From NCBI GenBank assembly GCA_051294375.1, contig CM119271.1:11508227-11572226 (forward strand): a stretch of 64,000 nucleotides of DNA. The letters run 5' to 3'. Positions 27,801 to 41,335 of the stretch are shown in pieces (the first letter of the stretch is position 1; each line of letters starts with the position of its first letter). The notes under the pieces were generated by a model. That model did not search any database. It saw only the letters and a program-made list of their open reading frames with translations, and was not told the origin of the DNA. The position numbers were made by a program, and so were the translations under genes. This DNA comes from Paraspadella gotoi (lineage: Eukaryota > Animalia > Chaetognatha).

Positions 27801-29670
27801 TATCTTCCATTCTCCCACCTTCCATCTCTCTCGTTCTTCCACTTCTCCCACTGTCCATTCTCTCGTTTCTTCCATTACTCCCACCTTCCATTCTCTCGTT
27901 CTTCATTCTCCACCTTCCATCTCTTCGTTCTTCCCATTCTCCTCTCTTCCAATTTCTTTATCTTCTTTTTCTTGATCTCATCGACCTCAACAATTTCCTT
28001 TTCGTTTTCTCCAAATTTTCCAATCCAAGTTTTTCTTTTCTTTTCTTTCTTTTTTCTCTACCTTCTGTTTGACACCATATCGTCTTCTTCACTTTCCCTT
28101 CCCTTGGCCTCCCTTTCCCCTGCCCTTCTTTCCCCTTCCCTCAATTCTCTTCCCCCTTCCCCTCCCCTTTTCCTTTCCCCAATTGCACCTTCCACTCCCC
28201 TTTCGCCCTTTCCCTACCCCAATTCCCCTATCCCCAATTTCCCATTCCCCCCAATTCCCCACCCCTTTCCCTCCTTCCCCCTTTCCCCTTCCACCTTTCC
28301 CCACGTACCCACTTTAGAACGACCAAAGCGGACCCAAATGCCCTCATGGTTGACGTTTGCACGCGCCGGTTCAATTCTGCACGAGTCCTTAATACAAGTG
28401 GAATTCAAGATGGGTCGGTTCTGACCAAAGGACGTAGGCATGCATTTTCTCAACAGGTGAATAGCATCGTGGTTGAAAGGATTAAAAAACGAGGATGAAA
28501 GGTGAATGAATAAATGAATTGAATGAATGAATGAATGAATGAATGAATAATGGAATGAATTGCAATGATTGAATGACATGAATTGAACGGAAGGAAATGT
28601 AAAGACACTTTTGACTCGAGTATTCTTAAATTTCTCTGACGCCGTCAACGGGAATAATTGCAAAGACAACGACGACAACAACCCATATGTATAATTTCTT
28701 GAAACGAATACAGAAACGGGACGACGACGACGACGACGACGCGAACGAAGAGACGACTTTAATTGCTCTTTCTTTTATCCTCGTTGTTCGTTGTTGTTGT
28801 TGTTGTGCATCGTTCGTCGGTGGTTGCGAGGATTAACACGTGATTATCTATAGGAAATGAAGAAAGGTGGATTGATGAAGGGAAAGAAAAAGTTGAAAGT
28901 AAAAGAGAAAGAAAAAGTGAAGAAAATCGTTAAAAAGATAGTAGAGAGAGAGGGAGGGAGAGCATAAGAAGAGAGAGAGAGAGAGAGAAGAGAGAGAAGA
29001 AAGAGAGAGAGAGAGAGAGAGAAAGAGGAAAGTGGTGCATGGTCGGAAGTGAAATGTTTCGGATGAGTGAAACTATTTTGTGAAAGCTTTGATCACGTGA
29101 TCTCAAGATTCAGTTTCACTGCAAGAAAAAAAGAAAGAGAGAAAAAATAAAGAAAGGACAGAAAAGAGTGAGAGAATAGAGAAAAAAACAAAGACAAAAA
29201 GAAAGAAAGAAAGAAAAGAAAGAAAGAAAGAAAGAAAAGAAAGAAAGAAAGAAAGAAAAAGAAAGAAAGAAAGAAAGAAAGAGAGATTCCACGTGACCTC
29301 AAATCTAAAGAATTCCAGTCACGCGATTATTCTGGAGAAAAGAGTTGCAGCAGACCGGAGACAGAGACAGAGACAGAGGACAGAGCGAGAGAGAGACAGC
29401 AGGAGACAAGAGCGAAGAGAGACAGAGATGCGCGCCGCGAATATGAAAAAGCTGAAATAGTTGATCACTGGGTTTTTTTGTCGGAGCGCCGATGGAGAGG
29501 GTAGCCTCGCAAGAATACTGATGGCCTTTTGAGACTGTCTCTCTCTCGCTCTTTCTCTGTCTCTCTCTCGCTCTGTCTCTGTCTCTGTCTCTGTCTCCGT
29601 CTGACTGGCAACTCTTTTCTCCAAAAATCGCGTGACTGGAATCTTTAGATTTGAGGTCACGTGGAATCTC

Positions 29671-29734
<64 letters not shown>

Positions 29735-30157
29735 TTTGTCTTTGTTTGTTTCTCTATCTCTCACTCTTTTCTGTCTTTCTTTATTTCTTTCTCTCTTTCT
29801 TTTTTTCTTGCAGTGAAACTGAATCTTGAGATCACGTGATCAAAGCTTTCACAAAATAGTTTCACTCTATCCGAAAACATTTCACCCACTTTCTTTCTCT
29901 CTCTCTCTCTCTCTCTCCTTCTCTCTCTTCTCTCTCTCTCTCTCTCTCTATCTCTCCCTCTCTCTCTCTCTCTACTATCTTTTTAACGTTTTCTTTCACT
30001 TTTTCTTTCTCTTTTACTTTCACTTTTTCTTTCCTTCATCAACCACCTTCTTCATTTCCTTAGATAATCACGTGTTAATCCTCGACCACCGACGACGATG
30101 ACAACAACAACAACAACGACAACGAAGGATAAAAGAAGAGCAATAAAGTTGTCATCT

Positions 30158-30192
<35 letters not shown>

Positions 30193-32647
30193 CCGTTTCT
30201 GTATTCGTTTCAAGAAATATACATATTGGTTGTTGTCGTCGTTGTCTTTGCAATTATTCCCGTTGACGGCGTCAGAGAAATTTAAGATCTAGAGTCAACG
30301 TATCTTAATACATTCCTTCATTCATTCATTCATTCATTCATTCATTCATTCATTCATTCATTCATTCATTCATTCATTCATTCGTTTCTTAATCCTTTCA
30401 TCCACTCATTCACCTGTTGAGAAAATGCATCCTGACGTCTTTGGCAGAACCGACGCCATCTTGAATTCCACTGTATTGACTCGTGCAGAATTGACGGACG
30501 ATGCAACGCAACCATGAGGGCTTATCTCTTACTTCTCAGTATCTCTACTTCTCTTTATCTCTACTTCTCCTTTATCTCTATTCCTCTTTCTCTTCTACTA
30601 ATCTTTATCTCTATCTCTTTTTATCTCTACTTTTCTTTTTATCTCTACTTCTCTTTAACTTCTCTTATACTTCTTCTTTATCTCTACTTCTCTTTGGTCT
30701 CTACTTCTCTTTGTCTCTACTCTTCTCTTAGATTTTCCTCTCTTTTATTCCTTTTCTTTATTTATTTTCCCTTTTTTCATTTTTATAATTTTTTAATTCT
30801 AATCCTTTTCCTGATTTATTCCATTCCTCCCATCTTCAATTTTTTGGTTCTCCCATTCTCCATCTTCTATTTTTTCATTCTTCATTGTCTTCACCTTTTA
30901 ATTTCTCATTCTTCCCACTCTTCTTCACTCTATTCCTCATTCTCCACTTTTCCATTCTCTCGTTCTTCCATTCTCCCACCGTTCCATTCTCTCGTTCTTC
31001 CATTCTCCCACCTTCCATTCTCTCGTTCTTCCATTCTCCACCTTCCATTCTCACTCGGTCTCCGAGATTCGCTCCGCTCTTTCATCACCCCATTATCTTT
31101 ATATTCCTCGTTTCTTGGATCTGCATTCGACCGTCAACAATACTTCCTTATTTCGTATTTCTCCAAATCCTATTCGCATCACGCAAGGTCATTTCTTTTC
31201 TTTTCTGATTTCCCTATGATTTTTTTTTTTTTTTGTTTGTTTTTCTTTTTTTTCTTTTTCACCGGACAGTTTTCTTTCTTTTTTTTCCTTTTCTTCCGCT
31301 CCCATCTTCGTACCTGTCTGTTACACCATANNNNNNNNNNNNNNNNNNNNNNNNNCTTGACGGATAAACAAGATTAACAGAATAAAAAAGATATACTACA
31401 CAAAAAAAAAAAGATTAAACAAGATTAAATCAAAAAAAATAATTTAAAATCTAATGCTTTGATTTTTTCCTGTCGCAAGAAGAAAAAGATATTCATCTAC
31501 CTCAAAATTTAATCCCAATTTTATTTTATTTTCTGTTTATCTCATCTTTTAATCCTTTTTCTCTTTTCCTTCTCCTCTCTCCTTCCTTCCTTTCTTTCCT
31601 CTTCTCCTTCTCTTCTTCCTCGCGCCCTTCCTCTCCCTCCTCTTTCCTCCTCCCTTTCTCTTCCCTTCTGCTTCTCTCCTCCTCTTCCTCCTCTTACTTC
31701 CTTCCTCCCTCCCTTCTTCTCCTCCTCCTCCTTCTTTCCTTTTCCCTTCCGCTCCTCTCCTTCTCTTCTTTCTCTCCCCTTTCTCTCCCTCCCCTCCCCT
31801 TCCTTCCTCTCCTAATTCTTCCTCCTTCTCTTACCTCCTTCTCTTCTTTCCTCCACTCCTCTTTTCCCTCTTCTTCTCGCCTCTCTCTGTTCTCCTCCTC
31901 TTCTCTTCTTCTTTTCTCTTCCTCCTTCTCTTCTTCCTGCCCCTTCTCTCGCCCTCCTCTTTTCTCCTCTTCTCTCGCCTCCTTCTCTTCCTCCTTCCAT
32001 CTCGTTCTCCTCCTCTCTCCCTCTTTCCAGTCAACCCTCTGCCTCTTCTCAAACTAAGGTTTGTTCTCAACAGATTACGATGCAGTTAAAAGTAAAAAGA
32101 CCCGAAACTCAACGGATGCCTTATCTCCCTTATCTGGAGAAGATGACGACGACGACAACGACGATGTTTGATGACGACGACGACAACGACGACGACGCTA
32201 TGACATCTGACAAGTGGTCCGCTTTTCCTCAAGTTTCCATCTCTCTCTTCTCTGTCTCTCCTCTCTCTTTCTCTCCTCCGCCTCCCTTCAAAATGTCCTT
32301 TTCAATAAAACCACAAAATCCAGGGAAAAAAAAGGAAAGAAAAACAAAAGATAAAAAAAAGAAAGGAAAAATTCAATTTGGTTTTTTTTTTCTTTTTTTC
32401 TTGTTTTTTTTCTTTCTTCTTTTTCTTTTCTCTTCTTTCTTTTCCTTTTCCATTTATTTTTTTTTCTTTTGCCTTTCTTTTTGTTTCTTCGTTTTCTTTT
32501 TCTCTATTCTTTTTTCTCTTTTTTTCCCTTTTTTTTCGGTCTTTTTTAATTTTTATTTTTTATTTTTTAAAATGGAAAATGAAGATTTTAGAATTCAATT
32601 GAATTCTTTAATTTTTCTCACGTCTTTTCGTCGACTTTGACTCTCAC

Positions 32648-32718
<71 letters not shown>

Positions 32719-35700
32719 TCTCTCTCTTCTCTTCTTCTTCTCTTTACACTATATCTCTCTTTCTCATCCTCCTATTCATCCTCTTCCTCCTTCTCCTCCT
32801 CCTCTTCTTCCTCCCTTTTAACCCTCCCTCCTCTCTTCCTTTCCTTCCCATGATTTTAACTCAACTCCCAAAACAATTTCCTTCTCTCTTTTCTAAACCA
32901 ACATTTATTTCTCAACAACTTAACTTTCCCAAATTATAATATTATTTTTCCTAACCTCTGGTTTATAAAAGTAAACTTTTGGGTCTGTCTGTCTGTCTCT
33001 CCGTTGATCTGTGTCTGTCTGTCTGTCTCTCGCTTATTCTGTTGTCTGTCTGTGTGTCTATCTGTCTCTCCGTTGATCTGTTGTTTTGTCTGTCTGTCTG
33101 TCTCTACTGTTTATCTGTCCCTTTTGTGTTTAAATTCCCATAAATTTTGTTAATATTGAATAATTTTTTAGATAGATGCATCTATACAACACATAGGTTA
33201 AAATACTTTCTGCCTCCAGTTTTCTAATAGACATCGTACATCATTTCTGTTTAAAAGTCATTAATTAGAACAATAACAGAAAGGCTTGGCTATAGTAATT
33301 ATTAATTATTGATCAACTCAAGTTGCCATAAATCAAACAAAGAATTAATATTGTGCAATCTTAATGTTAAAGACATTTTGCCCACTATCCTCTTCCCTTC
33401 CGCTCTACTGCCCACCCCCGCCAGGCAAAGCTTCCCTTGCGACCACAATTTTCTCGCCTCTTGTGTCCAACTCCTTCGTGGTCGTGACTACACTCCGCCA
33501 TCCGCCTCTTCTGTAGCCTATCATCGGAATCTACTATGCAATGAATTCTTGTCTCTCAGCTTTGGCAGTCATGTCATCAATTTGGGTCTTGCACACAGAT
33601 ATCAAGGTAAGGCTGTTTGGGGCCGTTGGTAAGGTCGGGCGGCGGCGGGGAGGAGTGGGAGTTTAGCGTTAGGATTCAAGGTCAAGGGAGATGAGAAAGT
33701 AAGGAATGATAATAAAAGATAAGAAAAGACAAGAAAGAACAGAAAGACAAGAAAGATAAGAAAGACAAAGAAAGACAAGAAAGACAAGAAAAGATAAGAA
33801 AGATGAGAAAGATAAGAATAATATAACTCAAAGGAATCACAATTCGTTTCATTATGTCGCTTATATTAATTATATCACTAGTTATCACTCATCCTGATTT
33901 TACTTTTAATTTTACTCTTATCATTTTCCTATCACTTTATCCATCGCCGCATCACATTATCACTTTCCATATCACTTAATTCCTTCTCCTCATCCATTCT
34001 GCTCTTTGTCGAATTTGAAAGACTAAAATTAATTAAAAATTCCTCTTCTTAAGCTTTGAGACAAAAGTAAGAGAGAAGAGAGAGAGTACAAGGAGAGTGG
34101 AGAGAGAAGAGGAGAAGAGATACAAAGAGAGAGACTGAGAGAGGGAGAGAGAGGAGATAGAGAGATGGTCTATGAATAAAAACTTCTGCAGTGGAATCTT
34201 CGTACGAATCCGATTTCCATAAAACGACCCTCTTCTCTTTATCTCTACTTCTTCTTTAATATTCCTCTCTAATTCTCTTATCTATCTCTACTCTTCTTTA
34301 CTCTCTACTTCTCTTTATCTCTACTTCTCTTTATCTCTACTTCTCTATATGTCCTCTCTAATTATCTCTTATCTTCCTCTACTTCTCTTATCTCTACTCT
34401 CTTATCTCTACTTCTCTTTATCTCTTACTGTCTTTATTTCTACTTCTCTTTATCTCTACTTTCTTTAATATTCCTCTCTAATTCTCTTATCTATCTCTAC
34501 TCTTCTGTATCTCTACTTCTCTTTATCTCTACTCTCTTATCTCTACTTATCTTCTATCTCTATCTCTCTTTTATCTCTACTTTTTTTATCTCTACTTCTC
34601 TTCTTTATTCTCTCTTACTTCTTCTTTATCTTTATTCTGTAGTCGGGCATTGCCTGGGGTTCACCCCGGCCTAAGAATCAGGACCACTTTCAGTTGTGAC
34701 ACGGTGGCTCATTGAGTAAGCCATCAGCTCATGACCACATAGGTACCGGGTTCAATCACCAACCCGCGTCGACCTACACCTGCGAGGAAGCGTGAGAGGC
34801 TGTGAAGCGCGCCTTGAGGGCATGGCAACCCTCAATCCTTTCCAGCCCAGGGACCCGTTCCGATGGCTGCTTAGAGGGGGTTATAGAAGTTACGGACAGT
34901 CATCTTCAGCCCACGTAGCGCCTTATCCACACTGGTGAGCCATCCTGTCGAGCGTATTCCAACCTCTGATTCCCAGCCCTTGGTCTAGCCTGAAGATTGC
35001 TCCCCTCCCTCCACTGAAAGCAGTGCAGGGTGGGTTTCAATCTGCGGGGGCTTGTAGTCGCGGCATTGCCTGGTTCCACCCCGCCTAGAATCATGCACTT
35101 TCAGTTGTGACCCGTGGCTCTATTGTAAGGTAAAGCCATTCAGCTCATGAACCACTAGGTACCGGGTTCAATCCCAACCGTAACCTACCCTGCGGGAAGC
35201 GTAAGGACGGCCGGTTAAGCCGCCTGAGGGCATGGCAAACCCCTCAAGCCTGGTTCCAAGCCCAGGACCCGTTCCATTGCTGCTAGAGGGGTTATAGAAG
35301 TTACGTGACAGTACCTTCAGCCCACGTAGCGCCTTATCTCTACTTCTCTCTTTATCTCTACTTCTCTTTGTCTCTACCTTCCGGTCCTTATTTATCTCTT
35401 TCTTATTATTTTTCCCTTTTTTTCATTTTTATAATTTTTTAATTTAATTTCTTTTTATGATTTATTCGCATTCTCCCATCTTCAATTTTGGTTCTCCCAT
35501 TCTCCATTCTAATTTTTTCATTCTTACATATGTCACACCTTTTAATTTCTCATATCTTCCATTCTCCCACCTTCCATCTCTCTCGTTCTTCCACTTCTCC
35601 CACTGTCCATTCTCTCGTTTCTTCCATTACTCCCACCTTCCATTCTCTCGTTCTTCATTCTCCACCTTCCATCTCTTCGTTCTTCCCATTCTCCTCTCTT

Positions 35701-37960
35701 CCAATTTCTTTATCTTCTTTTTCTTGATCTCATCGACCTCAACAATTTCCTTTTCGTTTTCTCCAAATTTTCCAATCCAAGTTTTTCTTTTCTTTTCTTT
35801 CTTTTTTCTCTACCTTCTGTTTGACACCATATCGTCTTCTTCACTTTCCCTTCCCTTGGCCTCCCTTTCCCCTGCCCTTCTTTCCCCTTCCCTCAATTCT
35901 CTTCCCCCTTCCCCTCCCCTTTTCCTTTCCCCAATTGCACCTTCCACTCCCCTTTCGCCCTTTCCCTACCCCAATTCCCCTATCCCCAATTTCCCATTCC
36001 CCCCAATTCCCCACCCCTTTCCCTCCTTCCCCCTTTCCCCTTCCACCTTTCCCCACGTACCCACTTTAGAACGACCAAAGCGGACCCAAATGAGATAGAT
36101 AAGAGAATTAGAGAGGAATATTAAAGAGAAGTGAAGATAAAGAGAAGTACAGACACAGAGAAGTAGAGATAGATAAAAAAATATAGAGAGGAATATTAAA
36201 GAGAAGTAGAGATAAAGAGAAGTACAGATACAGAGAAGTAGAGATAGATAAGAGAATTTGAGAGGAATATTATAGAGAAGTAGAGATAAAGAGAAGTAGA
36301 GATAAAGAGAAGTAGAGATAGATAAGAGAATTAGAGAGGAATATTAAAGAGAAGTAGAGATAAAGAGAAGAGGTCGTTTTATGGAAATCGGATTCGTAAC
36401 GAGATTCCACTGCGAAGTTTTATTCATAGACTCACCCTCTCTATCTCCCTCTCTCTCCCTCTCTCAGTCTCTCTCTTTCTCTCTCACTCTACTTTGTCTC
36501 CAAAGGCTTAAGAAGGAGGAATATTTTAATTAATTTTAGTCTTCAAATTCGACAAAGAGCAGAAGTGATGAGGGAAGGAATTAAGTGATATGGAAAGTGA
36601 TAATGTGATGCGGCGATGGATAAAGTGATAGTGAAAATGATAAGGAATTAAGTAAAATCAGGATGAGTGATAACTAAGTGATATAATTAATATAAGCGAC
36701 ATAATGAAAACGAATTGTGGATTCCTTTGAGTTATATTATCTTATCTTTCTCATCTTTCTTATCTTTCTTATCTTTCTTATCTTTCTTGTCTTTCTTGTC
36801 TTTATTGTCTTTCTTGTCTTTCTTGTCTTTAATGTCTTTCTTGTCTTTCTTGTCTTTCTTATCTTTATTATTATTCTTATCTTTCTCATCTCCCTTACCT
36901 TTGAATCCTATAAACGCTAAACTCACTTCCCTCCCGCCGCCCCGACCTTACCAACGGCCCCAAACAGCCTTACCTTGATATCTGGTGTGCAAGACCAAAA
37001 TTGATGACATGACTGCCAAAGCTGAGAGACAAGAATTCATTGCATAGTAGATTCCGATGATAGGCACAGAAGAGGCGGATGGCGGAGTGTAGTCAGCGAC
37101 CACGAGGAGTTGGACACAAGAGGCGAGAAAAATTGTGGTCGCAAGGGAAGCTTTGCCTGGCGGGGGTGGGCAGTAGAGCGAAGAGGGAAGAGAATTAGTG
37201 GGCAAAATGTCTTTAACGTATTAATATTTATTAATATTAATTCTCTGTTTGAGTTATGGCAACTTGAGTTGATCAATAATTAATAATTATCCATTGCCAA
37301 GCCTTTCTGTTAAAGCCTGTTATTGTTCTCATTAATGACTTTTAAACAGAAATGATGTACGATGTCTATTAGAAAACTGGAGGCAGAAAGTATTTTAACC
37401 TTGTGTTGTATAGATGCATCTATCTTAAAATTATTCAATATTACACAATTTACGGGAATTTAAACACAAAAGGGACAGACAAACAATAGATCAACGGAGC
37501 GACAGATAGACACACAGACAGACAAAAGATAAACGCAGAGACAGACAGACAGACAAACAACAGATCAACGGAGAGACAGATAGACACACAGACAGACAAC
37601 AGATAAGCGGAGAGACATTCAGACAGACAACAGATCAACGGAGAGACAGACAGACAGACCCAAAAGGTCTTACTCTTAGGAAAAATTAATATTTAATTTG
37701 GGAAAGTTAAGTTGTTGAGAAATAAATGTTGGTTTAGAAAAGAGAGAAGGAAATTGTTTTGGGAGTTGAGTTAAAATCGATGGGAAGGAAAGAGAAGGAG
37801 GAGGGAGGGTTAAAAGGGAGGAAGAAGAGGAGGAGGAGAAGGAGGAAGAGGATGAATAGGAGGATGAGAAAGAGGAGATATAGTGATAAAGAGAAGAAGA
37901 AAGAAAATTCAAAACCGAGAATCTTAAAAGAATTCGGAAAGTAATTCTGAATGATGACTT

Positions 37961-37997
<37 letters not shown>

Positions 37998-38657
37998 AAG
38001 TCGACGAAAAAGACGGAGGTTAAAAATTCTGTGAAGAAAAGTAAAGAATCAATTGAATTAAAATCTCTCATTTTCCATTTCTAAAAAATAAAAAATAAAA
38101 AAATAAAAAATAAAAAATAAAAATAAAAAATATAAACAAATAAAAAAATAAAAATAAAAAATAAAAATAACGGAAAAAAAGGGAAAAAAAGAAAAAAGTA
38201 GAAAAGAAATAGAAAAAGAAAAAAAGAAAAGAAAAAAAGAAAGGAGAAAAGAAAAAAGAAAAGAAAAAAATAAATGAAAAAGAAAGAAAAGAAAAAGAGA
38301 AAAGAAAAAAAAAGAAAAAGAAAAGAAAAAAAACCAAATTGAATTTCCTTCTTTCTTTTTTTTCTTTTGTTTTTCTTTCCTTTTTTCTCCCTGGATTTTG
38401 TGGTTTTATTGAAAAGACATTTTGAAAGGGGAGGGAGTGAGAGAGAGAGAGAGAGNNNNNNNNNNNNNNNNNNNNNNNNNNNNNNNNNNNNNNNNNNNNN
38501 NNNNNNNNNNNNNNNNNNNNNNNNNNNNNNNNNNNNNNNNNNNNNNNNNNNNNNNNNNNNNNNNNNNNNNNNNNNNNNNNNNNNNNNNNNNNNNNNNNNN
38601 NNNNNNNNNNNNNNNNNNNNNNNNNNNNNNACAGGAGATAGGGACACAACAGAAGAG

Positions 38658-38701
<44 letters not shown>

Positions 38702-39772
38702 CGAGAGAGGGAGACGAGAGAGAGATGAAAATTGAGGAAAAGACGGACGCACTTGTCAGATGTCATAGGCGTCGTCGTCGTCGTTGTCGTCGTCGTCGTC
38801 GTCGTCGTCATCAACATCGTCGTTTTCGTCGTCGTCATCTTCTCCAGATAAGGGAGATAAGGCATCCGTTGAGTTTCGGGTCTTTTTACTTTTTACTGCA
38901 TCGTAATCTGTAGAGATCAACCTTAGTAGTTGAGAAGAGGCAGAGGGCGTTGAGTGGAAAGGGGAGGAGGAGGAGGAAGAGAAGGAGGACGAGAAGGAGG
39001 GAAAAGAGGAGGGAGAGAAGGGGCAGGAAGAAGAGAAGGAGGAAGAGGAGGAGGAAAAGGAAGAGAAGGAGGAGGAGGAGGAGGAAGGAAAAGAGAAAAA
39101 GGACTAAAAAGATAAGATAAACAAGAAAATAAAATAAAATTGGATTAAATTTTGAGGTAATGAAATCTTTTCTTCTTGGAAGAAAAAAATCAAAACATTA
39201 GATTTTTATTTTTTTGATTTCATCTTGTTTAATCTTTTTTATTTTTGTTTAATCTTTTTTATTCTTGTTTAATCTTGTTTATCGTCACAACAAAAGATTT
39301 TATGACTTGACAAAGAAAAAAGTGGAAATCTTTTTAAAGCTTTTTTCGTTGAGTCAAATGCTTGTTTCTTGTTTTATGAGCTTGGTTTGCTGAGTAAAAG
39401 GATTGCTTGATGTTTGTTTCTCAGGTGAAAAGCTTGTTTTTAGTATCAAGCAAGCACATCTAAGGAATAAAAAAGGCCCATTGTCACTGAGATACAAGAA
39501 AATAAAGAAAATATTGCGAGTGACTTTTGTCTACTTGACGAATCATAAAATCTTAATGTGGAGTCGTTTTAAAGATTAAAGATTGAAGATTAAAGATTAA
39601 AGATCAACACTAAAAGAAAAAGACTGAGAAAGACTTATAGTTTTGATTTTCTTTCTTTCTCTTTTTCTCTCTTCTAATCATAAAAATTTCTCTCCTTCTC
39701 TTTCCCTCCCTTTTTTGAAAGAAAGATAGAGAAAGAGAGAAAGAAAGAGAGAGTGAGAGAAAGAGAAGGAAA

Positions 39773-39811
<39 letters not shown>

Positions 39812-40209
39812 AGAGAGAGCTTAACAATTTCCTGTCTCTCTTTTTGGTTTTAATGATTTTTAGTTTCATAAACAAAACTTTTTCACACTTTAATGGTTGA
39901 TGCGCGATTCGTTGAGGAAAAAGTCTTTTCTTTAACGATAGAACAAAGCATTAGTATTTGTTTAATAGGAGTAGACGTCGACGACGACGACGACGACGAC
40001 GACGAACAACATGAATAAAAATGAGTTAAAACAACGAATGAGAAAAAAAGATAATCATTTTTTGGTTCATTTGAGTCACGTGATCAAAATTCGTTGGCGG
40101 CGAAACAACAAAAGACTCAAACACCATGAAATAATATGGGAGAGAGAGNNNNNNNNNNNNNNNNNNNNNNNNNGAGGAGAGAGAGGGAGGAGGAGAGAGA
40201 GAGAGAGAT

Positions 40210-40255
<46 letters not shown>

Positions 40256-40260
40256 AGGAG

Positions 40261-40291
<31 letters not shown>

Positions 40292-41154
40292 GACAAAGAT
40301 AGACAGAGGAGAAAGAGGAGGAAGGAGGGACGGGAGAGAGAGAGACATAGAGAGGGAGAAAGAACTCCTTCCCCTTCCGACCCCATCCCCTCCCTCCCCC
40401 TTCCCGACCCTCTGTCCCGTTAATACCTCGTTATGAGAATTGGACGTCGGCAGCGAAAGAGAGCGGAGGTGAGGTTAGGGGAAGAAGAGGCGGATATTTG
40501 GTGGGTAAGTTAAAGGTTGGGGTGAAGCTAAGTATGGGCGGGTAAGTCGAGGAGAGATCTGAGTGAGGGCGTTTGATGGCGACGAGAATTTCTCGCTGAA
40601 CAAACGAGCCACGAGCCACGAGCCACTCACTGTTCACCACTCATTGTTCACCACTCACCGTTCACCACTCACCGCTCACCAGGTAATTACGTGCCATTAC
40701 TATTCGCGACGACGGGCTGTTTTCAAAAGGGCGAAGGGCCTTTGGGATGGCGAGGGGTTTGGGGGTGTTCCAGATGGGCTAGGGGTGTGTCAGAGGGGCT
40801 TGCGGGTGGGATAGGGAGAGAATGAGTTCGGGATTCAAAGAGCGAATCTCTCGCCCGCTCTCTCTCTCTCTCACTCTCTCTCTCTCACTTTCTCTCTCTC
40901 TGTAGAAACTGCATTTTTCGTTCTGTTCCATTGAAAAGGCTGTTTGTAGAAACAGTGAGAAAAGAAAGAGACAATAATCGACTGTAAAAATTTTAACTTA
41001 GGTTAGTTCAAATAGAAATTAAAAATTAAATGACAAAAAGAAGTAAAGACTTCAGTGTATGAAAGAAATAAAGATAGAGCAGAAAGGACAGGTGCAAGGA
41101 TGGCACGAGACAGATGCAGAGAAAAGAAAGAGGAGATGCAAGAAAGTAAGAATT

Positions 41155-41211
<57 letters not shown>

Positions 41212-41288
41212 CTCTCTTTCACCGGGATTTGTGTTTCAAGGTCAATAGGAACGAAGAATACACGAAGACGATAACAACAACGATAATA

Positions 41289-41335
<47 letters not shown>

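Larger units (their letters stand above)
23490..39290. repeat. Duplication block 2: 23490-~29500 and 31356-36092 are + strand copies whose first ~3 kb mirror 39290->36093; fold-back near 29525
   Basis: Exon g copies at 25616-25806 and 33425-33606 (+, frameshifted), and an exon h copy at 28318-28456 (+). Both copies start with cttgacggataaacaagatta right after a 25-N gap. Confidence 0.9.

Noticed and set aside
30095-30290. Possible extra loop exon [22 protein letters not shown]
   Set aside because: Its phase 0 start does not fit the phase 2 end of exon h, and exons h and i already join in frame.
14605-33606. Plus-strand copies of nAChR exons as a second, antisense paralogous gene
   Set aside because: Introns are copied too, differences are mostly single-base indels that break frames, exon order is incoherent, and copies abut 25-N gaps. 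This is best explained as assembly redundancy.
38750-38910. Acidic exon-like stretch ([27 protein letters not shown]...) on the minus strand
   Set aside because: It lies between the M1 and M2 exons, where no insertion is tolerated. It is driven by a (GAC)n microsatellite and its frame is inconsistent among the three copies.
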